A stretch of DNA of 64,000 nt. Source: Octopus vulgaris (Eukaryota). A program made the position numbers and the translations under genes. The notes below the pieces were generated by a model. That model saw only the letters and a list, made by a program, of their open reading frames with translations. It was not told the origin of the DNA and searched no databases. Numbering within the stretch: position 1 is the stretch's first letter; each line of letters starts with the position of its first letter. This document shows positions 25,205 to 39,344 of the stretch, piece after piece. The DNA is taken from contig OX597819.1 of assembly GCA_951406725.2 (NCBI GenBank), positions 115,630,001 through 115,694,000 of the forward strand, written 5' to 3'.

Positions 25205-25375
25205 AGGCGCAGGAGTGGCTGTGTGGTAAGTAGCTTGCTTACCAACAACATGGTTCTGTGTCCAGTCCCACTCCGTGGCACCATGGGCAAGTGTCTTCAA
25301 CTATAGCCTCGGGCCGAGCAAAGCCTTGTGAGTGGATTTGGTAGACGGAAACTGAAAGAAGCCTGTCGTATATAT
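25205..25375 (+). mobile_element. SINE family A, 5' half
   Basis: Head up to the start of the microsatellite, where the PLE relic abuts. Confidence 0.85.
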
Positions 25376-25394
25376 GTTTCATGTTTATCTGTTC

Positions 25395-26560
25395 CTATCA
25401 ATGTGTGATAGTGATGGGAGTCATGTCAACTATAGAGAAGGTGGGGTTGGAATGTGTAGGGGTGGGGCGGGGTTATGAGGGAGGGGTAACGATGAAGGTG
25501 GAAGGGGAAGGTGGGTAGGAGTGAAGAGAAGAGAAAAGGAGAGTAAGAGTTAAGAGAAGTAGTAAGAGTCGGAGGAAGTAGGTGTGATGAGGAGAGAGGC
25601 GAGGGAAGGAGGTTAGATGAAGAGGGGAGGAGAGTTGAGCCCATGTGGCGCAAAGGAGCGAAAAAAGAATATTAATCCATGTTCACGGCGCAAACGGGAG
25701 TCCGGATGGCCCCTGTGCAAGGACAATCCGAACACGAACAGGTGTTGCTAAGAGTGACCGGTAGAGGGGAAATGTCGCGAGACCGGGGTGTCATTGCCGA
25801 GTCAAATGTATCGGAGGTGTTCGGCGAACCGGTCAGCCAAGCGGTGTGCCGTTTGCCCGCTGTATAGAGAATGGCAGAGAGAGCAGGCGATGCAGTAGAT
25901 GACATTGGTAGAAGTGCAGGTGAAGGAGTCGGTGATATGATAGGGTCGATGATGGGTGCTGGTGAGGAGGGTGGTGTTGGAGAGGTAACGGCAAGTGCGA
26001 CAGCGTGGACGGGAGCAGGGGAACGAGCCGGCTTGGGAGGTTGGGTTAGGTAAGAAGCTATGGACGAAGAGGTCTCGTAGACTATGGGCTCGGTTGAAGG
26101 AGGGGAGGGGTCGGTTAGGGAAGATGTGCAAAGTGAAGGGGCCGGATCGGAGTCGCCGGAAGGCCCGGAGAATGGTGCGTTGGAGAGGTAGGGTGGTGTG
26201 GTGGTAGGTGAGGGGAAACGGGAGGCGGAATTCGGCGGGGCAGGTTCGGGGGGAGAGAGTAGATGCATGGTCCACGGGACGTGCTCTGGCAAGGGTGGTG
26301 TGGATAGCGGTGTGGATGAAGCGGCGAGACATGAGTTGAGACTGAGTCTCAAAGTCATGGTCGTCACTACAGAGCCTGCGTAGACGGAGAAATTGGGGAT
26401 AGTGGATGAAAAGCTTGGTGTGTTTAGGGTGGGAAGAGGAGAAGTTGAGGTATGAGTGTCAGTCTGTGTGTTTGTAGTGGATGGAGGTGGTGTGAGTGGT
26501 GTGATGAATGCTGACGATCGAAATGTCAAGAAAGGAGACAGAAGTGTCAGAGATAGTGCA

Positions 26561-26562
<2 letters not shown>
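25395..26562 (-). mobile_element. Penelope-like element (Neptune-type) 3' fragment: RT end, Cys linker and GIY-YIG endonuclease
   Basis: SFLDISI..YKHTD*HSYLNFSSSHPKHTK..QFLRLRRLCS; PCSRPRCRTC; FTCTSTNVIYCIAC..C..YSGQTAHRLADRFAEHLR; PHGLN; in-frame stops present. Confidence 0.92.
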
Positions 26563-26595
<33 letters not shown>

Positions 26596-26598
<3 letters not shown>

Positions 26599-26972
26599 AT
26601 ATAAACGGCAGTTTGTCTGTGTGTGTTTCTGTGTGTCTGTTTTCTCGTACCCTCACTCTGACCACGGCTTTCAACCGATTCTGATGAAACTTGACACACA
26701 CATAGCCCAATGTCATAATTCAAAACTAACGCAGCGAAAATTTTGAAAAGTTCCCCCAGTTCTGAAAAAAATCGATAAATTCGACATGGGGTCGAGAATC
26801 AGAAACCCAAACCACAGACCGTCTAGGGGACGCAACTCCACCTTTTTTAACTCTCAAAAAAATTTACCATCATTTTTTTTCCATTTTTTTGCTATGTTTT
26901 GGCTATAACTCTCTAAAAATGCTTTATAGTTATTTCCCTTACAAACCTGAGCAACGCCGGGCGATACTGCTA

Positions 26973-26973
<1 letters not shown>
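26596..26973 (+). mobile_element. Non-autonomous Helitron
   Basis: 5' TC, subterminal hairpin cctgagcaacgccggg, 3' CTAG, inserted at A|T within (TA)n; near-identical copy at 49072-49454. Confidence 0.85.
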
Positions 26974-27024
<51 letters not shown>

Positions 27025-27365
27025 AGGCGGCAAGCTGGCAGAATCGTTAGTAGTCGGGCCAGATGCTTAGCGGCATTTCGTCCATTTTTATGTTCTGAGT
27101 TCCAATCCCTTTGATCCTTTCGAATCGATAAAATAAGTATTAGTTGCGTATTGGGGCCGACGTAATTGACTTTTCCCTCCTTTAAAAATTACTGGCCTTG
27201 TGCCGATATTTGAAAGTAATATTATGCATAGATATTTATATACTACAAACACACACACCCACACGAACACACAGACACACACACAGACACGCACAGTCAC
27301 ACATAACACAGGTTCTTCCTTTCGAATTCTTTCATAAGGTCATCCTGGTGTTATAGTAAGAGGTA

Positions 27366-27752
27366 GTGGAGGCGCAATGGCCCAGTGGTTAGGGCAGCGG
27401 ACTCGCGGTCAACAGATCGTGGTTTCGATTCCCAGAACGGGCTTTGCGAGTGTTCATTGAGCGAAAACACCTAAAGCTCCACGAGGCTCCGGCAGGGGAT
27501 GGTGGTAATCCCTGCTGTACTCTTTCACCACAACTTTCTCTCACTCTTACTTCCTGTTTCTGTTGTACCTGTATTTCAAGGGGCCGGCCTTGACACTCTC
27601 TGTGTCACGCTGAATATCCCCGAGAACTACGTTAAGGGTACACGTGTCTGTGGAGTGCTCAGCCACTTACAAGTTAATTTCACGAGCAGGCTGTTCCGTT
27701 GATTCGGATCAACCGGAACCCTCATCGTCGTAACCGACGGAGTGCTTCCACA
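27366..27752 (+). mobile_element. SINE family B with 13-bp TSD
   Basis: atagtaagaggta at 27353-27365 and 27753-27765. Confidence 0.92.
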
Positions 27753-28799
27753 ATAGTAAGAGGTACGCCGAAGTAGAACCGAATCCGAAACCACGAAGTT
27801 GCAAACGTATTTCTTAACTATAGCAATTCTAAATTTTTTCGTTTTAAAAATCTCTTAAGTATGTTTGCATGTTGTTTTTACCTCATACCCTTCTTCCAAG
27901 TAATATTCCCACAATCTTTTTTTACCCCGCACCCCACAGTATGTTTAAGTGTCTTTTGAAAAGTTTAACCAGTCATCTGTTAACAAGTTAGCAGCAGACG
28001 ATCGATATTGAAGTAGACTAGAATTTTTTTTTCCACTTATTTTCAACAACGCTGCTTACACTACAAATACCGAACACAAAGCAATTATGATCGCCATTTT
28101 AATCACCATTTTTCTTTTCTGTATTGGTATGTGTATTTATGTGTATTTCGTTTGTTATTTATTTAGAAATTGACTTAATTAGCCTTTTAAATATGCTGAC
28201 TGCCGAGTGGGGTTTGATTGGGCGGGATTGGACGGAGAGTAGATCAGAGGTAAAGTTAAATGAATAAGAAACATAAGACAACCATAATAGGAACAAGAAC
28301 AATACCAGCAACAACGGAAATAAAAAAAAATCCTCAGCAACTAACAAACATTTAGATGCAAAAGACAAACAGACAGAAACAAAGACAGACTTACAATGAT
28401 ACTAAAAGAAACAAAAAAAAAAAACAAAATATCTTCCTGACCTAAGGACTGACTTTTGAATATCACAATTTGATATTTGTTTTGTAAACATGTCATTTAG
28501 AAAGATGAATTAAAACAAAACATAAAAAAGCAATATAGAAAATAATTAAAAAAAATTAACTATGAAAAACATATGAAAAAACAAAAACAAATAACCCATT
28601 CCACTAACTTATAAAAACAAAAGCGAAACGAGACGAAAGAAAGGAATGAAACTTAGGATAATTATACGAAAACAATGGACGGGGAATATTTATTTTTGCA
28701 AAATAATGCAGTCAACAATGGGAAGTAAGTAGCAGACAATATTATCTAACACAAACGCATACGTATACTCGTACACACATACACTGATACATATACACA

Positions 28800-28803
28800 G
28801 AAG

Positions 28804-28837
<34 letters not shown>

Positions 28838-28851
28838 CTACACACACACAC

Positions 28852-28898
<47 letters not shown>

Positions 28899-28990
28899 GC
28901 ATACACATGCACAAACAGGTGCAAACATATTGGCATACGGGCATTCGAACACACATGCACAGGCAGATACACGCACATATACACACACAC

Positions 28991-29050
<60 letters not shown>

Positions 29051-29180
29051 CACACACATACAGTACATACAGAGACAGACATACACATGCACACACAGGT
29101 GCGAACATATTGGCATACGGGCATACAAACACACGTGCATACACAGATACACGCACAGATATACACACATGCATACGCGC
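28800..29180. repeat. Compound (CA)/(TA) microsatellite duplicated as a ~180-bp unit
   Basis: catacacatgcac..caggtgc.aacatattggcatacgggcat occurs at ~28900 and ~29080. Confidence 0.8.
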
Positions 29181-29611
29181 ACACTCACATTCACACACGT
29201 TCACACACGTATATTAATGCAAGCACATTGGCACACTCGCATATGAACACACACGTGCGCACACACACACACAGTAAATACAAAAACATACTTCAGTATT
29301 ATTTCAGCTGACAGTTTCTGTGATGTTGTTATAGTTTCTCCTCCTGTGGATTCTAATGAAGCAGATCAATGATCGAAAGAGTTCTGACCGAGGCCGTTTC
29401 TTCATTTATTTACGGATTCTGTAACAAGGACTGTATTGCCAAATATGTTCATTCCTTACTTAAGGTAGGATGTGATATGAGGAGTAACTGACTGCCATTT
29501 CTATCATGTTAAATGACTATCTAAAGGACCACAATCATTATCAGAATACTAATGATGATGAGCAGTAGCAATAAAAACAATAACAACAATAAAGACAACA
29601 CCAGCCACAGT

Positions 29612-30070
29612 GGAGGCACAATGGCCCAGTGGTTAGGGCAGCGGACTCGCGGCCGTAAGAACGTGATTTCGATTCCCAGCCCGGGCATTATGAGTGTTTA
29701 TTGAGCAAAAACACCTCCGGCGGAGAGGGTTGGTGAACCCCGCTGTACTTTTTCACCACAACTTTCTCTCACTCTTTCTTCCTACTTCGGTGTAACCCAC
29801 TATGGTGTGGTAAACTTTCAGACCCTAGTCTAGATTGTGAATCCTCTGTACCCCAGGATTGTTCAACTCTCCACCCGTTAAAAGCCACCGTTTACGGAAT
29901 GAGGATAACAACGTAGCTTTCGCACCCGTGCAACCGCCAGTCTATCGCGTGTGGTGGGTTGATCTTCAAGTTGCCGCACGCATTCTTAGTAGCTTAGAGT
30001 AGGCTCGAATTGGAGATTACTCTTTGTGGCTAATGGCGCGAGACTTGATTGGAAGAAAAAGAAGAAGAAG
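29612..30070 (+). mobile_element. Chimeric SINE: family B head plus an unrelated 3' region ending (GAA)n
   Basis: 14-bp TSD acaccagccacagt at 29598-29611 and 30071-30084. Confidence 0.85.
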
Positions 30071-30431
30071 ACACCAGCCACAGTAACATTAATTAAAATG
30101 TTAAACAATAATAACAGCAACCGAAAATCTGGGCGGGTACGTCTTTCTAGTCGCTCGACATGTTAGAAATAGCAGTCAAATCTCTCTCAAATTCCATTGT
30201 GTCATTTTCTAAAAAAAAGCAGTGTAGTATTTTTGTAAAGCAAGACAGTGCTATCAGGTGGAATGCTTCTTCGTAGAGTTACTTAGACAGGGCTGACCTA
30301 GGGCTAAACAGTGATAGCAGCATCAGCAGTAGCAACAACAACACGACCGCAGTGCTATTAATATTACATTTACAAGGATTCATACTGATCATGTGAACAA
30401 ACATGCATGCTGAGTGTTGGCAGTAATAAGT

Positions 30432-30630
30432 CTATTCAGCTCTCAAGAGCTTTCCAACAGATTCTTGTACGATTGAGGAAAGGATATTTTCAGTAACTCC
30501 GCTTATCTGCCTCTCAATTCCAATGCCTCTCATTGTCTTGAACAGCTGTAACAGTGTTATACTCAATGCTTCTATGACAACAAGGATGTCTTTCATTAAC
30601 TTGTAGAGTTTTCTCAACTCGCTAGCCATG
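30432..30630 (-). pseudogene. Probable Dong-like LINE C-terminal relic
   Basis: ASELRKLYKL..ILVVIEALS resembles the RLE terminal LxxLW..VPVVIGALG. Confidence 0.4.
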
Positions 30631-31043
30631 TTTAGATACTACTCAACCTTTTCCTCTAATTTACTTTTTACAAACATTGGTTTTTTTTCTCTCTCTTATC
30701 ATATTTAGTCGTTTCTTTCTTTCTTATGGTTTTCGCATTTGTGCAGATAAATTCCAAAAGCTTTTATAATAGAACTTTCAGTAAAAACTTCTGGCAGCTC
30801 GTGGCACTATATTTTTTGTTTATTTCACATCAAAGCTTCCGCTTATCTTCTTAGTGTGTCATTGTTTCTCTCCGGTGTCAATTTTTCATCATATTCTTGT
30901 ACCATCTCGTTATATGGTTGACGATGTCATACACAAACAATACACATTGTTTACTGTTGACTCCTATCGATTTTTTGCTTCTTTAAAACAAAGTTTGTAA
31001 TAATCACTTCTTGCAAAAGTATGATCAGGTATTTCGATTCTCG

Positions 31044-31462
31044 AAGGCGGCGAGCTGGCAGAATCGTTAGCACGCCGGGCGAAATGCTAAGCGGTATTTC
31101 GTCTGCCGTTACGTTCTCAGTTCAAATTCCGCCGAGGTCGACTTTGCCTTTCGTCCTTTCGTGGTCGATTAAATAAGTACCAGTTACGCACTGGGGTCGA
31201 TATAATCGACTTAATCCGTTCATCTGTCTTTGTTTGTCCTCTCTATGTTTAGCCTCTTGTGGGTAGTAAAGAAATAGGTATTTCGTCTGCCGTTACGTTC
31301 TGAGTTCAAATTCCACCGAGGTCGACTTTGCCTTTCATCCTTTCGGGGTCGATTAAATAAGTACCAGTTACGCACTGGGGTCGATATAATCGACTTAATC
31401 CGTTTGTCTGTCCTTGTTTGTCCTTTCTGTGTTTAGCCCCTTGTGGGTAGTAAAGAAATAGG
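31044..31462 (+). mobile_element. SINE family C, head plus 2 x 184-bp units
   Basis: TSD aggtatttcgattc at 31027-31040 and 31460-31473. Confidence 0.9.
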
Positions 31463-32300
31463 TATTTCGATTCCCTCGTTGGCCTTCCACTTGTCAACAA
31501 ACTATAATTTGCTTCTAATGCAATACCTTTTCTTTGCCTGATTAATTGGTCGTATAATGATTTTCCCTCTCTCAAGGTTATGAGTCTCACACTTAATACA
31601 AGATTGATTAATTATATATTCTAATTACTTAATTACATAAATGATAATGTTTATGTTATTGAAACATCTGTTCAACATTATGAAATTATCAACTATATCT
31701 AAAATCTATGCTTTTCTTATTTTTATTCTAAATATGTAGCTAAAAACGATCAACTTAGCTGATTCTGTATATCTATGTAAGTTTGTTCAACCAGGATTTA
31801 CTGCGTCGTAATGACGTACTGTGTTATAATGATGTGTTATTAATTGAATTCCTAATTACAATAGATATATATTTTTAATATTCATACTTTGATTTTGTAT
31901 ATAGATATAGCTTTTCCATCTTATTCTTTCTTCCCTAAATATTTTCTCCCTCTATGTGATCACCATTGATTCTCCTCGTGATTTTTCTTACATTTTTCTA
32001 ATAAATTTCACAATTTTAGATTCCCGTTTTCCATCTTTCTTGGTAAATAATGTGTCAACACTGTTAACAGTTCCCTTTCAATTCAGTGAAGAAAATTAGT
32101 GAATAACTTAAGAATGGAATTGAGTAAGTTTTAATTCTAAATAAGATTTCCATTTTCTAGCTTCGTTTCTAAGACTTCATAGTCAAATTTTTTTTAAATG
32201 TTCCCACCTTTAGCTGTCATTTAATTCTGTTGCATTCCATCACCCTGAACCGCACTCTTATATTTATATTCCCTAATCCACTTCACTAGTTTTATTGATT

Positions 32301-32695
32301 ACCTATTTCTTTATTACCCACAAGGGGCTAAACATAGAGGGGACAAACAAAGACAGACATAGGTATTACATCGACCCCAGTGCGTAACTGGTACTTAATT
32401 TATCGACCCCGAAAGGATGAAAGGTTAAGTCGACCTCGGCGAAATTTGAACTCACAACGTAACGGCAGACAAAATACCTATTTCTTTATTACCCACAAGG
32501 GGCTAAACATAGAGGGGACAAACAAGGACAGACATAGGTATTAAGTCGGTTAAATCGACCCCAGTGCGTAACTGGTACTTAATTTATCGACCCCGAAAGG
32601 ATGAAAGGCAAAGTCGACCTCGGCGGAATTTGAACTCAGAACGTAACGGCAAACAAAATACCGCTTAGCATTTCTCCCGGCGTGCTAACGGTTCT
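32301..32695 (-). mobile_element. SINE family C dimer, 5' truncated
   Basis: Two tandem units with the same junction. Confidence 0.88.
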
Positions 32696-33187
32696 CACTT
32701 TCTCCCTCACTTTATTTTCTTTTTATATGATGACAGCAATTAAATTATCTGTACTCAAAATTATCATGGTTTATATTTCATAATAGATCAAGAGAAGAGT
32801 CCAGTATCTTCTCCATTTCGAAATAACATCGTTTTCTTTGCTAGCGACTTCAGTGTCACAATTAAAGGGAAATTTTTCACACCTTTGGGGACGCGTTTTT
32901 CACCTTCAAAGAAGCGGAAAAAAATTATTTTGGGAAAAAAGTGGCTTTTGAAAATGTTCTTATTTTTGTATAACAAGTGGAGATAGAGAACACCTGAAGA
33001 CCGAAACCATGAAAACAAAGGTAGCCTGTATATTAAGTAACTTGTATTGTTTTCTAGATGCACACACACCACACACACATACATAATCTCTCTCTCCCTC
33101 TCTCTCTCCCCCTCTCTCTCTCTTCTCTCTCTCTCTCTCTATCTATCTATTTAGGCATATAGCGAGTTTAATCATAGTTTCTAATAA

Positions 33188-33563
33188 GTGGAGGCGCAAT
33201 GGCCCAGTGGTTAGGGCAGCGGACTCGCGGTTTCGATTCCCAGACCGGGCGTTGTGAGTGTTTATTGAGCGAAAACACCTAAAAGCTCAACGAGGCTCCG
33301 GCAGCGGATGGTGGTGATCCCTGCTGTACTCTTTCACCACAACTTTCTCTCACTCTTACTTCCTGTTTCTGTTGTACCTGTATCTTCAAGGGGTCGACCT
33401 TGTCACTCTCTGTGTCACGCTAAATATCCCCGAGAACTACGTTAAGGGTACACGTGTCTATGGAGTGCTCAGCCACTTACACGTTAATTTCACGAGCAGG
33501 CTGTTCCGTTGATTCGGATCAACCGGAACCCTCATCGTCGTTTCCGACGGAGCGCTTCCATCC
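33188..33563 (+). mobile_element. SINE family B with 12-bp TSD
   Basis: agtttctaataa at 33176-33187 and 33564-33575. Confidence 0.92.
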
Positions 33564-33952
33564 AGTTTCTAATAATCAGATTCCCAATAGTGGAATTAAA
33601 GGTAGATCTACGTGGATGGTAAGTGAGCTCCGTAATTACACAACAGCACGTACCTGTATGTCTACGTAATATTCGGAATGGTGACCATATCTTTTATAGT
33701 CTCTTAAGTCTTTTATACTCGTCTTTCCAGTTTTCCCTTCGACTAATATCCTTCTTTTTGGCCAATACTTAAATTTTCAACTTATCCACGGTCGGTCGAC
33801 CTATTAGAAATACTAAAAGATGGGAAGGTCATGACTGGAATTCTTTTGATTAATGTGTGTTCAGTCATAGTTGACTTAGGGTTAAATAATATCACAACCA
33901 AACAAGTGAGGCGTTATAGTATGTCAAGACATTGGTATTAGTGTTATAAGTG

Positions 33953-34267
33953 AGGGCGCGTGGCTTAGTGGTTAGGACATTCGGCTCATGATCGTAAGGT
34001 TGTGAGTTCGATTCCCGGCGACGCGTTGTGTCCTTGAGCAAGACACTTTATTTCACGTTGCTCCAGTCCACTCAGCTGGCAAAAATGAGTTGTACTTGTA
34101 TTTCAAAGGGTCAGCCTTGTCACTCTCTGTGTCACGCTGATTATCCCCGAGAACTACGTTAAGGGTACACGTGTCTGTGGAATGCTCAGCCATTTGCACG
34201 TTAATTTCACGAGCAAGCTGTTCCGTTGATCGTATCAGCTGGGACCCTCGTCGTCGTAACCGGCGGA
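33953..34267 (+). mobile_element. CORE-like SINE sharing its 3' tail with family B
   Basis: tRNA head, then tgtgtccttgagcaagacactttatttc (MIR/CORE-like), then the same tail as family B. Confidence 0.85.
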
Positions 34268-34814
34268 GAGAAAAAAGAAAAAAAAAATTAGTGTTATTAT
34301 CATTCTCGCAGTTTTTCCAGGATACCATTAAAAAATAAATTAACGCAGTTTATTCTCGAATAGTAATCTTAGTTAATTTATTTCTCTTAATGATGCTAAT
34401 TTTCCCTCCGTTAATTCTTCCTTATTCTTTGGAATCTTTTAATCCATTTATATTGTTCCCCCGATATCTCTAAGCATTCTAAAAATTGCAATTAATATTC
34501 ATTAACAATGGTATCATTATATTTTTCTCCTTTGTCACTTTGTAATGGTGTTATAGGTTTTGATTCTTTAATCATTATCATTTCAATAGTCTTATTTCCA
34601 TAGCTGTTTTCGAACTTAAGATCGAACTTAAATCTCTGTTGTTTTTGGTGCATGATGTGTTTATTCTCTTTTATATTAAGAATGCTGTGCGTTTTAAGTG
34701 TATAGCGGCAAACAGTACTATTTTCTAGATGAGGTATTTAATTAAGTACAGCAGTTTGGTTATGCATTTATGTAAATTTTCTTTTCATTCATTCTCAAGG
34801 CACTTATTAGGATA

Positions 34815-35515
34815 GCCTGATTCTCCGTCGGTTACGACGACCAGTGTTCAAGTTGATTCTTCTTCTTTTTCTTCTTTCAGTCATTTGACTGCGGCCATGC
34901 TGGAGCACCGCCTTTAGTCGAGCAAATCGACCCCGGCACTTATTCTTTGTAAGCCCAGTACTTATTCTATCGGTCTCTTTTGCCGAACCGCTAAGTGACG
35001 GGGACGTAAACACACCAGCATCGGTTGTCAAGCAATGCTAGGGGGACAAACACAGACATACGCACACACATACACACACACACATATATATATATATACA
35101 TATATACGACAGGCTTCTTTCAGTTTCCGTCTACCAAATCCACTCACAAGGCATTGGTAGGCCCGAGGATATAGCAGAAGACACTTGCCCAAGATGCCAC
35201 GCAGTGGGACTGAACCCGGAACCATGTAGTTTGAAAGCAAGCTACTTACCACACAGCCATTCCTGCGCCACGAGCCTGCTTGTGAAATTAACGTGTAAGT
35301 GGTTGAGTATTACACAAACACGCGTATCCATAACGTAGTTCCCAGGGAGATTCAGCTTGACACAAAATGTGATAAGGCTGGCCCTTTGAAATACAGGTAG
35401 AACCCATTTTAACTAACGGAGTAGACTTGCTCAAGGACATAACGTACCGCCGGGAATCGAACTCATAAAGTAACGATCATGAGCCGACTGTCCTAACCAC
35501 TGAACCACGCACACT
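34815..35515 (-). mobile_element. CORE-like SINE split by a nested family A SINE (34860-35268)
   Basis: Tail pieces at 34815-34857 and 35269-35515 flank an intact family A copy. Confidence 0.8.
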
Positions 35516-35718
35516 CACATATCATGATATGGACTGTTTCAATCCACACATTCGGATAATTTATGTATTTCTTTCAGGGGTATATTTTCGTATGATGGGT
35601 CTAATATTTCCATCACACGGCACTTCAATACATGGGAATCTTTGATATCAATATCTGGTGAATTTTCCCTGATACAGTAGTCTCCTGCAGAAATAAACCC
35701 TACTAGCGAGTGAATTTA

Positions 35719-35940
35719 ATACTCTTTACTCTTTTACTCTTTTACTTGTTTCAGTCATTTGACTGTGGCCATGCTGCAGTACCGCATTTAGTCGGGCAAA
35801 TCGACCCAAGGACTTATTCTTTGTAAGCCTAGTACTTATTCTATCGGTCTCTTTTGCCGAACCGCTAAGTTACGGGGACGTAAACACACCAGCATCGGTT
35901 GTCAAGCGATGTTGGGGGGACAACACAGACACACAGACAT

Positions 35941-35974
<34 letters not shown>

Positions 35975-36152
35975 AAATATACATATATACGACTGTCTTC
36001 TTTCAGTTTCTGTCTACTAAATCCACTCACAAGGCTCTGGTCGGCCCGAGGCTATAGTAGAAGACACTTGCCCAAGGTACCACGCAGTGGGACTGAACCC
36101 GGAACCATTTGGTTGGTAAGCAAGCTACTTACCACACAGCCACTCCTATGCC
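35719..36152 (-). mobile_element. SINE family A
   Basis: Family match. Confidence 0.9.
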
Positions 36153-36420
36153 TTCCTTAATGGAAAAATTACTTACACATCTCACCTTTCACTGATAAAA
36201 ATAAAAAAAGAGACGGCGTAATATCGTATGGTCCACAGTAACCTTTCATAGCAAAATACATTCTTTTATAGCAGTAGACAAACAGAAACAGCTAGGAATG
36301 ACGATATGCTAGAAATAACACCCTGTCATCTTAAATACAAGAGGAAACAATGGGCAGGGTTATACAAATAGATGGGAAGGTTATGACTAGAATACATTTT
36401 TACACAATCGGTGTTCACCA

Positions 36421-36840
36421 AAGGCGGCGAGCTGGTAGAAACGTTTGAGCGCCGGGCGAAATGCTTAGCGGTATTTCGTCTGCCGCTACGTTCTTAGTTC
36501 AAATTCCGCTGAGGTCGACTTTGCCTTTCATCCTTTAAGGGTCGATTAAATAAGTACCAGTTACGCACTGGGGTCGATACAATCGACTTAATCCGCCTGT
36601 CTGTCCTTGTTTGTCTCCTCTGTGTTTAGGCCCTTGTGGGCAATAAAGAAATAGGTATTTCGTCTGCCGCTACGTTCTGAGTTCAAATTCCGCCGAGGTC
36701 GACTTTGTCTTCGATCCTTTCGGGGTCGATTAAATAAGTACCAGTTACGCACTGGGGTCGATATAATCAACTTAATTCGTTTGTCTGTCCTTGTTTGTCC
36801 TCTCTGTGTTTAGCCTCTTGTGGGTAGTAAAGAAATAGGT
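36421..36840 (+). mobile_element. SINE family C, head plus 2 units
   Basis: ggtgtt repeated on both flanks (36410, 36838). Confidence 0.9.
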
Positions 36841-37642
36841 GTTGAACCGGAGCAAAGTAATACTAAGTACAGCTCAACAACTGGACTCACGATGTATCAG
36901 TTGTATTACTGTCTCGTTTTTGATCAGTGATTGTTCTTTACCTTAATTGAGCCTTCGTAGAGCCATTCTCTTCCCCCGGAAATGATTTCTTTCATTTTCA
37001 GAAAGTTATTTATCTTTGGCGATATTATTACTGTTAAGGTTTTGTTATCTATAGGCAAGGTTTTGGGGCTTGTTAGTTTTCGTAAGTTCTTCACTGTTCC
37101 TATTCTGACCTAAAATTTCACTTCACTTGTTTTTCGTGCTTCAGTGATTTTTATTTCATTTATTTTTTTGTTTCGTTAGTTCTTCATAAAATCTTTCTAA
37201 GTTGGGAAGTAGAACCGTTTGTTTTGTTATAAGAATAGCAGCTGCTTTTCTTACCGTCGGATTCTTTGCAATTTTTAAGAGAAAATCTCACTGTCTGTCT
37301 TCCTTGATTTCGGCTACTTATACCTTTGTTACGTTATATTTCTTCTGTAGTATGTACGTGGCATATATATATACAAACATATATATATATGTTTGTATAT
37401 ATATGTATATATGTATATATATGTATATATTCCGCCGAGGTAGATTTGCCTTTCATCCTTTATGGGTCGATAAATTAAGTACTAGTTACGCACTGGGGTC
37501 GATATAATCGACTTAATCCTTGTTTGTCCTCTCTGTGTTTAGCCCTTGTGGGTAGTAAATAAATATATATATATATATATATACTCATATATAATTATGT
37601 GCATATATGTGTGTATATATATATGCATATATACATATAATT

Positions 37643-37797
37643 AGGAGTGGCTGTGTGGTAAGTAGCTGCTTACCAACCACATGGTTCCGGGTTCAGTCCA
37701 CTGCATGACATCTTGGGCAATTGTCTTCTACTATAGTCTCGGGCCGACCAAATCCTTGTGAGTGGATTTGGTAGACGGTTGCTGAAAGAAGCCCGTC

Positions 37798-37853
<56 letters not shown>

Positions 37854-38041
37854 GTGTGTGTGTCTGTGTTTGTCCCCAACATCGCTTGACAATCGATGCT
37901 GGTGTGTTTATGTCACTGTAACCTAGCGGTTCGGCAAAAGAGACCAATAGAATAAGTCCTGGGGTCAATTTGCTCGACTGAAAGCGGTGCTCCCACATGA
38001 CCACTGTCAAATGACTGAAAAGAGTAAAAGTGTAAAAGAGT
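37643..38041 (+). mobile_element. SINE family A
   Basis: Family match with (TA)n core. Confidence 0.88.
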
Positions 38042-38939
38042 TATAAATGTGCCTCTATAAGGCGCGTCATATAACTATTCTCTATATTACCCATGATGCT
38101 CTGTTACTGCACCAATGAAAGCATGTACATACTCAGATATATAGTGTTATATTATGCAATTGTACAGGCTGTAATAACCATAAAAATAGATATAATGACC
38201 CTTCAGAAGGTAAGCAATTAAACAATTATTTAACTGTTTATGTTGTCTACCTTCGAAAGAGGCAGTACGAGCGAAGTTGCATCAATGTAACTTACGAAAA
38301 GGAATGAAATAAATTTACCACTTTATTCGTCTCTTGTAACTTAATGCTTAAACGCACACACATATATATATATATATACACAGACAAGTACACAGACAGG
38401 TACACACACAAACGCATACATACACACACTATTAAAACTATCATTATGTATAAATATATATATATATATATGTGTATATATGCTTTTAAGTAAAGCGTTA
38501 TTTACATAAATACAATAAAATACACGCATACACATTAAGTGGGTGTATGTAAACAGACATATTTAGACGCTCATAAGTACACATATATGTATATATACAT
38601 ATGGAAACAAACACACGCGCATGCGCACACACAAACAAACTCACACACACACATATATATATATATACATATATACACATATATGTTTATTCTATGTATA
38701 CGCACGCCTATTCTATACACTGACAACACATACATTCCTACACACACAGACACACGCATATACATATATATATGAGTGTGTGTATGTATGTTTGTATGTA
38801 TGCTTGCATGTATATATATATATGTGTGTGTGTGTGCTTGTGTGTGTGTGCTTGTGTGTGTGTGTGTGTGCTTATGTGTGTGTGTGCTTGTGTGTGTGTG
38901 TGTGCTTGTGTGTGCTTGTGTGTGTGTGTGTATGAGCTT

Positions 38940-38975
<36 letters not shown>

Positions 38976-39344
38976 GAATGTGAGTATGTATGTGTGTGCG
39001 TGTCTGTCTGATTCTGTGCACGTAAAAGAATAAAAAAAAATGAATCAATCTTTCAAAGACCGAAAAGATGGTGTTTTGTTGTTGTTATTTTTTCTTACAA
39101 TTCTCTTACGTAACCACCAAATCAATCATATTTGCTTGTGTCAGTGAACTCATTGTACCGTGAAATACTAATATTTTCTTATCAATAAATATTGGAAATA
39201 GAAATTGCACAATGTGGCATGTACGGAATTAGAAATGGGCATAAAAATATGCGTACAACAACAACAAAAACAACAACAACAACGACAACAACAGCTACTA
39301 CTACAAATAATAATAATAATAATAATAATAATTATAATAATAAT

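Noticed and set aside
25672-26529. 285-aa Pro/Ser/Thr-rich ORF
   Set aside because: Alternative frame of the Penelope relic; the meaningful frame is the RT/GIY-YIG one.
26511-26530. Hammerhead-like CTGACGA-TC-GAAA-TGTC
   Set aside because: It is the antisense of the PLE RT coding motif FLDISIVS and has no helix I pairing.
27366-27435. Functional tRNA gene
   Set aside because: It is the tRNA-derived head of a SINE with a TSD and a long body; the same applies to the other A/B-box hits.
38090-38215. Possible exon ending cagaag|gtaagc
   Set aside because: No recognisable coding frame or partner exons.
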